Virus record (IMG/VR): IMGVR_UViG_3300045988_135886
From: a virus
Direction: 5' to 3' (one strand)
Length of the DNA: 64,000 bases
Shown: piece after piece, positions 27,894-33,727 of the stretch
How the letters are laid out: the number at the start of each line of letters is the position of its first letter
Numbering within the stretch: the first letter of the stretch is position 1
The notes under the pieces: model-generated
Databases searched by the model: none
The model's input: only the letters and a program-made list of their open reading frames with translations
What the model was told of the DNA's origin: nothing
Made by a program: the position numbers and the translations under genes

Positions 27894-28467
27894 CAGTCAT
27901 TCTCCCGAATGGGTACTCTACAACTCTATAGCTACAAAGAATCTCCATTTCTTTAACAACGTCTCCTTTACACATCTCTAATAAGACACCAACTTCTTCT
28001 GCTACTTTTTTAATTTCAACTTTTTTCTCTTCTGCTGAACTTAAAGTAATAGTTCTCATTCCTCTGGTATAATCAGAAGTCATATCATAAATATTATTTG
28101 GTATTTCAACTTTAAACCCGGCATCTTTTAGATCATTCATATGTAAAATTAAATCATGAGTATACTCATCTTCTGCAAGCAATTCCATTAATTTAATTTC
28201 AGCTTCCTTATCAATCTTTTCAATACTTCTTTTCTCCCAAAGTTCTATAATTGACATATCATTTTCCTTTCTTGTAAAATTATCTAGCTCATTTTCTTTA
28301 AAATAAAAATCTCCTTCTTCTGATTTTTCGTTGTAATAACTAGAGATATGTATTCTTATATTGTTAGAATAAACTGTTTTTACAATACCTGTAGCGCCTG
28401 TAATATCATATTGTTTATATTTTTTAGGCACTATTATTACTTGTACTATATCTCCTACTTGAAACAT
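27868..28467 (-). CDS. Hypothetical protein with SH3/KOW-like N-terminus
   Basis: ATG 28467 behind AAAGGAG (MFQVGDIVQVIIV...). The track extension to 28530 runs into tRNA-Leu and is rejected. Confidence 0.6.
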   Translation of the reverse strand: MFQVGDIVQVIIVPKKYKQYDITGATGIVKTVYSNNIRIHISSYYNEKSEEGDFYFKENELDNFTRKENDMSIIELWEKRSIEKIDKEAEIKLMELLAEDEYTHDLILHMNDLKDAGFKVEIPNNIYDMTSDYTRGMRTITLSSAEEKKVEIKKVAEEVGVLLEMCKGDVVKEMEILCSYRVVEYPFGRMTVGGSTCGK

Positions 28468-28491
28468 TTTTAACTCCTTTCTATTTATTAA

Positions 28492-28573
28492 TCCACCCAG
28501 AGAGACTCGAACTCTCACGCTATTAAGCATTAGAACCTAAATCTAACGTGTCTGCCAATTCCACCATGGGTGG
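28492..28573 (-). tRNA. tRNA-Leu (anticodon UAG), long variable arm
   Basis: Minus strand CCACCCA-TG-GTGGAATTGGCAGACAC-G-TTAGA-TTTAGGT-TCTAA-TGCTTAATAGCGT-GAGAG-TTCGAGT-CTCTC-TGGGTGG-A; full cloverleaf; no encoded CCA. Confidence 0.85.
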
Positions 28574-28712
28574 GTACAACTGGCAGCCGAACTGCCAATT
28601 GTTAATAATGAAAGCGACTATTATATTTACTTATTCACTACTTACCAGCCTTGTACAAACTAAGAGCCAAGTATAATCATGCTCATAAACTTTTACCAAG
28701 GATTTGATAAAT

Positions 28713-28806
28713 CTTTATTCTTTATGCTTTATTCTTTAATCTTTAAACTGGGATAAACTTTGAATTTTGAATTTTAAGATTTGAGTTTTAATCTTTGAAC
28801 TTTACA
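28713..28806. repeat. Twelve contiguous 7-bp repeats (plus strand CTTTAWN x5, then NTTTRAN x7)
   Basis: CTTTA at 28713, 28720, 28727, 28734, 28741. After a 10-nt break, NTTTR at 28758, 28765, 28772, 28779, 28786, 28793, 28800. Lies in a 440-bp ORF-free gap. Confidence 0.7.
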
Positions 28807-29015
28807 GTACTATGGCTATCTGCCTCATCCAATAATATAATATATTAAGCTTACAGGTCCTATACGACCACGTAATCCTAATCCATTTTGTATTTTATAC
28901 TATTATCTACTGTATAAGTAATGCTGTGGTTTCTTTATTGTTTTATATATGTCTAACCCAGCTAAAAAGACATATAGATTATAGTTTAAAGTTTTCGATA
29001 AGCAGTGAATATATC

Positions 29016-29654
29016 TTAGTATGTAATTTCTATTTCTGTCAGAGAATTACTTACTGAAAGTGCCGCATCTACTTCAGCAGTAAACTCTGCAATTTCTGTT
29101 TCTAAATCCTCCATTTCTTTAAGAACACCAATTGGATCAACAAGTTCCATTGTTTGAGCTTCTATATAAGCTTCTCTAGTTTTTGTAAACTCTTCAGTAG
29201 AGGTTTTACCTTCTTTACTGCCATAGAGCCCTACAACATAATTTTCAGCTTTATCTTCCAATTTACCATTCTCAGTTATGATCTGAGCCATAGCAGCATC
29301 ATACTGTTTTTTGATTTTCTGTTTTAAAAGTTTCTTGAAGTCCATTCCATGATTTTTCATTTCAATAGCTTCAGCTACTGTATACTCTTTATCAGCAACA
29401 GTGACTTTAGTTACTGCATTTGAAAGAACCACAGCTCTTTTAATAGCTTCTCTTCTCTTGATTAAATCAGTTGCTTTATCATAAGAAGATTTCATAACTC
29501 CTGTGTAAACTTTGATATCCACTCCTTTGACCTTTGTGTTAGAATGCTTATTTGAGATACAAGCTTCTACACTGTTGATTGCTTTTACGATGCGATCATC
29601 TAAGATCTTCAGTTCCGCTAATGCTTTGTGCACATTCATTTTTTCTGTTGTCAT
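29016..29654 (-). CDS. Hypothetical helical/coiled-coil protein
   Basis: ATG 29654 behind AGGAGGTA (MTTEKMNVHKALAELK...). The track extension to 29765 overlaps the tRNA-like gene and is rejected. Confidence 0.6.
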   Translation of the reverse strand: MTTEKMNVHKALAELKILDDRIVKAINSVEACISNKHSNTKVKGVDIKVYTGVMKSSYDKATDLIKRREAIKRAVVLSNAVTKVTVADKEYTVAEAIEMKNHGMDFKKLLKQKIKKQYDAAMAQIITENGKLEDKAENYVVGLYGSKEGKTSTEEFTKTREAYIEAQTMELVDPIGVLKEMEDLETEIAEFTAEVDAALSVSNSLTEIEITY

Positions 29655-29694
29655 AATAAATACCTCCTGAATTTTAAACTTTAATTTAATTGCC

Positions 29695-29765
29695 TGTGAT
29701 AAGAGTGAACTCGAACCACCGACCTCATTTTTGCAGTGTGCTCTCCCAACTGAGCTACTTATCAC
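29695..29765 (-). tRNA. tRNA-like gene with an aberrant, shortened anticodon arm (possible pseudo-tRNA; loop contains GCA)
   Basis: Canonical TAGCTCAGTTGGGAGAGC D-arm, 7-bp acceptor TGATAAG/CTTATCA, T-loop TTCGAGT with G-U closing pairs. Only 19 nt lie between the D and T stems, so no 5-bp anticodon stem can be drawn. Confidence 0.4.
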
Positions 29766-29827
29766 TTTTCATGCATGACCTGTCGTGCTGCAGTCACAAC
29801 AGGATTATGTGTACTTATTCTTTCTCC

Positions 29828-30154
29828 TTATCCATTATAATTCTCTCCGTAGATTGCTATTTCTGGTTTACCATTTTCATCTAATACGTAATATGGTGTA
29901 ATGCCACTAACGCCACCATAACTGTCTGAACCTTGTGCTACATATACAATTTTAGTAGTTTTATCATATACAAAATATTGACTAAACATATACCACCCAT
30001 CACTCGATGCGATTTTTATTTCCTTAAATTCAATAAATTGTCCAAATGATTGAACTTTTTTCCCACTGTCATTTATCTCTTTGTCATCACATCCAGTAAA
30101 CGAAAGTACCAATCCTGCCATCAATAATCCAACAGTCAAATTTTTAATTTTCAT
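29828..30154 (-). CDS. Lipoprotein
   Basis: MKIKNLTVGLLMAGLVLSFTGC lipobox; embedded in the tRNA island. Confidence 0.7.
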   Translation of the reverse strand: MKIKNLTVGLLMAGLVLSFTGCDDKEINDSGKKVQSFGQFIEFKEIKIASSDGWYMFSQYFVYDKTTKIVYVAQGSDSYGGVSGITPYYVLDENGKPEIAIYGENYNG

Positions 30155-30270
30155 TTAACTTCTCGCTTCCTTAAGTAATTCTTTTGAATTTTCATCATCT
30201 AATTCAAGTTCTCGCTTGTTTCTTTTTGAAACTCTACAGCCTATAAAAGTCACTCCTTCGTCAGGAGAAA

Positions 30271-30344
30271 TGGAAACTCTGGGACTCGAACCCAGGACCG
30301 ACCGGTTATGAGCCGGTTGCTCTAACCAACTGAGCTAAGTTTCC
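30271..30344 (-). tRNA. tRNA with anticodon CAU (elongator Met, or Ile2 if lysidinylated)
   Basis: GGAAACT-TA-GCTC-AGTTGGTTA-GAGC-A-ACCGG-CTCATAA-CCGGT-CGGTC-CTGGG-TTCGAGT-CCCAG-AGTTTCC-A. Lacks the initiator features (1:72 mismatch, GGG/CCC anticodon stem). Confidence 0.85.
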
Positions 30345-30768
30345 ATGTAGTGGGTGTTATAATTACACCCACAATATAGAAATGTAACAATATCTGTAAA
30401 AAACTTGCTTATGCAATCGTGTCAGTTACACGAACGATCGTCATCACTCTCAAAAGCCCTCCCACATTATTTCTACCTCACTGACTCAATTACTTTTTTT
30501 GCTTCATAACTAATCTACACATCTGCTTAACCAGATCATCCTCCAACTTCCCACTTACAACCTCATTAGCACAAAGCACATCTATATAAATGTTTTGTAC
30601 ATCCAAACCATTGCTACCAATGCACTGTGTTCCCTTTCTCGAACAGGTTCCAGTTATTAAACCATCCAAATTTTCACTTAAGTTTTATCTATGTTCGCCA
30701 TGAACATAAGTAGGTATACCTTAGTTCTATTGGTTACCTCTTTGGCCTTCAGAGCTAACTTAGAACTA

Positions 30769-30840
30769 CGGGGTAGATGGGATTCGAACCCATGAATGCA
30801 GCAGTCAAAGTGCTGTGCCTTACCGCTTGGCCACTACCCT
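30769..30840 (-). tRNA. tRNA-Gln (anticodon UUG)
   Basis: AGGGTAG-TG-GCC-AAGCGGTAA-GGC-A-CAGCA-CTTTGAC-TGCTG-CATTC-ATGGG-TTCGAAT-CCCAT-CTACCCC-G; A1:C72 is unpaired; discriminator G. Confidence 0.8.
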
Positions 30841-30877
30841 CTATAGATACCTATGAAGGTATCTATATATAGATTAT

Positions 30878-31978
30878 TTACACTGTATAATGCAATTCTC
30901 TACTTTTTGTTCTTACAAAAGTCATATATGCTGGTTTCATTTCTTTGATGATCTTTTCATCTTCTTCATCATTGTAGTAATTATCATTTTCTAATTTAAT
31001 ATCATTTCCAGATACATAAATGATGCCTTTCTTATGATCAAACTCACAATCAAGAACCTTACAAGAAGCATCTACATAAGTTCCTTTAAAGCAGAATTCC
31101 GGTTCAATCCTTGCACTCTTATCAAAGAAATCAATGGTCAATTTTGTGGTTGCCTCAGAACCATCTTCAAGATGTAGAGTGACTTCATATATAATACTGT
31201 TTAAATTAATAATATTTAGATCTTTGATTGCTATCTCAAAAGGCTCCCCAAAATTCAACTCGAATGCGATTGCTCTTAAACAATCATAGTTTAAATCTAC
31301 TTTGTGAGCAAAAGAAATTACTTTTTCAATTTCGCTGTAATACTGTTTATCCAACTTGTCTTCTAAGTATTCTGTAATTTCAACATCTGACGGATACTCA
31401 AATCTAAAATGATAGTGAAATCTTCCAGGTCTGTTTACTAAATAACTATTTAACGAGTTGAGGTCATTACAAGTAATCACAAACATTTTCTTCCCTTGAG
31501 ACAATCCATCAAACAATGTAAGCATTTCTGTTTGAGGATCTGCCATGCCATCAGCAGCTTTAATACTACCAAATGTTTTATCAAATTCATCGAACAACAC
31601 CATTACTTCCTGTTCAATTTCTTCAATAAAGCTTGCAATTCCAGGAATATACGTGTCTACAATGATAACTGGTAAACCAACTTTTGTTGCTTCCACAGCC
31701 AATGTCTTTGCAAACAATGATTTGCCGATTCCTTTATTGCCTGACAGGATAACGCCAAGGTTCTTTTCTGCTTTTGGGAAAGCTTTAAGAACTTTTTCAA
31801 CCTTACTCATATGTACTCCGTAGGTTTTTTCTTTGATTTCTATGTCTGCATATTTTTCTAAAAAGAAACCAGAATTCTTTTGAAACCTCACGACATAATT
31901 CTGAGCCGGAAGCTTGTCGAAAGTTTCTAATGAATCGTCGTAAGTTCTAAATGTGTTTCCTACCTTAATAATTCTCAT
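30878..31978 (-). CDS. AAA+ ATPase with an unknown C-terminal domain
   Basis: Walker A GNKGIGKSLFAK, Walker B VLFDEFDK, NRPGRF arginine region. Confidence 0.7.
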   Translation of the reverse strand: MRIIKVGNTFRTYDDSLETFDKLPAQNYVVRFQKNSGFFLEKYADIEIKEKTYGVHMSKVEKVLKAFPKAEKNLGVILSGNKGIGKSLFAKTLAVEATKVGLPVIIVDTYIPGIASFIEEIEQEVMVLFDEFDKTFGSIKAADGMADPQTEMLTLFDGLSQGKKMFVITCNDLNSLNSYLVNRPGRFHYHFRFEYPSDVEITEYLEDKLDKQYYSEIEKVISFAHKVDLNYDCLRAIAFELNFGEPFEIAIKDLNIINLNSIIYEVTLHLEDGSEATTKLTIDFFDKSARIEPEFCFKGTYVDASCKVLDCEFDHKKGIIYVSGNDIKLENDNYYNDEEDEKIIKEMKPAYMTFVRTKSRELHYTV

Positions 31979-32018
31979 TTTTCATTCTCCTGTTTTATAT
32001 CATTGTTTATATCGAAAA

Positions 32019-32924
32019 TCAATGCCCTTTAACATCTGCTTCATGTAATAGCATCACATCTGAAAACATCTGTTTTCCAATTAAATACTTATCTTTATTC
32101 TTTGCCTTGTTTGATTGTGACCATGATAAATAGGGATGCATATGATAATAAATCAAATTTGCTGTATAAAAAGCATCATATATATCTTTTCCTGTAAGTG
32201 CACCGGAAAAATCAAAACATGTTAAACATTCATAAGCTCCAACACAATGATGCTGATAATAGTGACAGTAATCATCCTCTTCACCTTTTCCATTAATTCT
32301 TGATTTAGTGAAAAGCTTTCCAATATCATGGAGACAGGCCGCCACCCATAAATTTTTTTCTTCTCTAGGTACTCCTTCTGAAACCTTTTTCAAATGTTTA
32401 TAAAGAGTAAGAGAATGATGTGGATTCTCTTGATCGAAGTCACGAGCCATATCTATTAATTCTTTTATATCTTTATGATCATCTTGTACAACTCTAATTT
32501 CATTGAACCCTTCATGGTACATTGGTGGAGAAAATACTTTCCTCATTCTTGTAATCACTTCGTCTGGAACTGAATTTTCCCTTTTTGAGTTGTCCTTTAA
32601 ACATTTTTCATACGTTTTCAAAAACATAATACATGTTTTATAAACATGTTTAGGAACTCCTTTTAAAAAATGCACTCTTCTTTTCTTTACCAAATTAGTA
32701 GCATCATAAATAACCGAATGCATTTTCAAATCTTCCAGTATTCTACGATGCAGTTCTTCAAATACTTTACTGTTGTCTGCGTCATCATAATTATCTCCAT
32801 ACATTTCTTCTCTGAGTTTATCAGAAGAGTGCACTATATAATCAGGATGAGTTTCTGAATACTCTTTAGCCCATGTACTTTTACCGGAAGCAGGTAAACC
32901 TACCAGCATAATTAATTCATTCAT
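32019..32924 (-). CDS. P-loop (polynucleotide) kinase fused to an HD phosphohydrolase domain
   Basis: ATG 32924 (TAATG junction); MLVGLPASGKSTWAKEY Walker A; C-terminal AACLHDIGK / HHCVGAYE HD ligands. Confidence 0.65.
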   Translation of the reverse strand: MNELIMLVGLPASGKSTWAKEYSETHPDYIVHSSDKLREEMYGDNYDDADNSKVFEELHRRILEDLKMHSVIYDATNLVKKRRVHFLKGVPKHVYKTCIMFLKTYEKCLKDNSKRENSVPDEVITRMRKVFSPPMYHEGFNEIRVVQDDHKDIKELIDMARDFDQENPHHSLTLYKHLKKVSEGVPREEKNLWVAACLHDIGKLFTKSRINGKGEEDDYCHYYQHHCVGAYECLTCFDFSGALTGKDIYDAFYTANLIYYHMHPYLSWSQSNKAKNKDKYLIGKQMFSDVMLLHEADVKGH

Positions 32925-33559
32925 TATGTAATCTCCTCTATTTCTTTGCAAATCTTCTCTGCTATTTCTTTAGATATGTACTTCTGATTAAAAAACTCTT
33001 GTCCAATATCTGATCTAATTCGATATTTTTGATTATCTAAATTAGGCCTCCCTTCCCCGTTTACAATTTGAGGTAATGAAGCTGTCTGAAGATAATCTAT
33101 ATAATATAGATCTTCTTTTATACTTCTTCGTTTCTCTCTAATTGCTTTTTTTATTTTATAGGCCCAATATCCAGAAGTAACATTCAGTTTATTAAATTCT
33201 ATATAGTGATCAAGATCCTGAGATATAAGCTCCAGTTCCTTTAGCTGTTTTTCTAAAGGTTTTCTATTACCTAATATTTCTTTAATAGGCAATATGCTGT
33301 CATCTATTTTCTTTTTATAATCACCAATCTCTACAAGAGATTTATTCTGCTGTACAAAACCAACTCTCTCATCAACTGATGTTACTTTCCAAGGGGCGTA
33401 TATGCTTAAATTTTTAGGAATTGTTGATATCCTGTTTAAAGCTTTCGGTACATTGTCAAACTTCTGAGCAGATTTTAAATCCACCACATGAGGAGGACTT
33501 CCATGTTTAAACACCAAATAATTTCCAGGATATTTTTCACTTTCTAAAACATATCTCAT
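32924..33559 (-). CDS. Hypothetical protein, first gene behind the tandem promoters
   Basis: 211 aa, SD AAAGGAAGAGGAAA, no motif recognised. Confidence 0.6.
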   Translation of the reverse strand: MRYVLESEKYPGNYLVFKHGSPPHVVDLKSAQKFDNVPKALNRISTIPKNLSIYAPWKVTSVDERVGFVQQNKSLVEIGDYKKKIDDSILPIKEILGNRKPLEKQLKELELISQDLDHYIEFNKLNVTSGYWAYKIKKAIREKRRSIKEDLYYIDYLQTASLPQIVNGEGRPNLDNQKYRIRSDIGQEFFNQKYISKEIAEKICKEIEEIT

Positions 33560-33585
33560 TTTCCTCTTCCTTTTGTGATATATGT

Positions 33586-33637
33586 ATTATAACATACTCC
33601 GTATTCTGTGTCAACAAGTTTTTTACAAACTTGTTTA
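33586..33637 (-). promoter_or_regulatory. Consensus sigma70 promoter plus 18-nt box (copy 2)
   Basis: Minus strand TAAACAAGTTTGTAAAAAACTTG-TTGACA(33614-33609)-17 nt-TATAAT(33591-33586). The box with its flank forms ACAAGTTT-gtaaa-AAACTTGT. Confidence 0.7.
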
Positions 33638-33675
33638 TTGCTTGAAACTGTTCTCCTTTCTCTTAACTTGCTCTA

Positions 33676-33727
33676 AGTATACCATAGTCATTCTACCTTG
33701 TCAACACTTTTTTTACAAACTTGTTTA
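33676..33727 (-). promoter_or_regulatory. Second tandem sigma70 promoter plus 18-nt box (copy 3)
   Basis: Minus strand TAAACAAGTTTGTAAAAAAAGTG-TTGACA(33704-33699)-17 nt-TATACT(33681-33676). The box lies inside the last codons of ligA. Confidence 0.6.

Noticed and set aside
28468-28530. N-terminal extensions of track ORFs 27868-28530 and 29016-29765
   Set aside because: The extensions run through tRNA-Leu and the tRNA-like gene. In both cases an internal ATG with a strong SD (28467 and 29654) gives a sensible N-terminus.
28651-28677. Plus-strand promoter TTGTAC-15 nt-TATAAT in the tRNA-Leu upstream gap
   Set aside because: The spacer is only 15 nt, and no SD or ORF or obvious RNA structure follows on the plus strand. 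The same bases overlap a better-spaced minus-strand candidate (TTGGTA-18 nt-TATACT).
29016-29654. Interpreting the 212-aa helical protein as a scaffold or structural protein
   Set aside because: No structural-module neighbours and no recognisable motif. It was left as hypothetical.
30155-30270. 32-codon GTG-initiated ORF between tRNA-CAU and the lipoprotein gene
   Set aside because: The GTG directly abuts the AAGGAG with no spacer, and no alternative start exists. The region more likely holds only the CTCCT-GACGA-AGGAG hairpin following the tRNA.
30271-30344. Calling the CAU tRNA an initiator tRNA-fMet
   Set aside because: It has a paired G1:C72 and an ACCGG/CCGGT anticodon stem rather than three consecutive G:C pairs. 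Elongator Met or Ile2 is more likely.
28492-30840. Alternative genetic code / suppressor tRNAs (common in some large gut phages)
   Set aside because: ORFs are long and uninterrupted under the standard code. The tRNA anticodons are UAG (which reads Leu CUA and is not a stop suppressor), CAU and UUG. No CUA, UCA or UUA anticodon tRNA was found.
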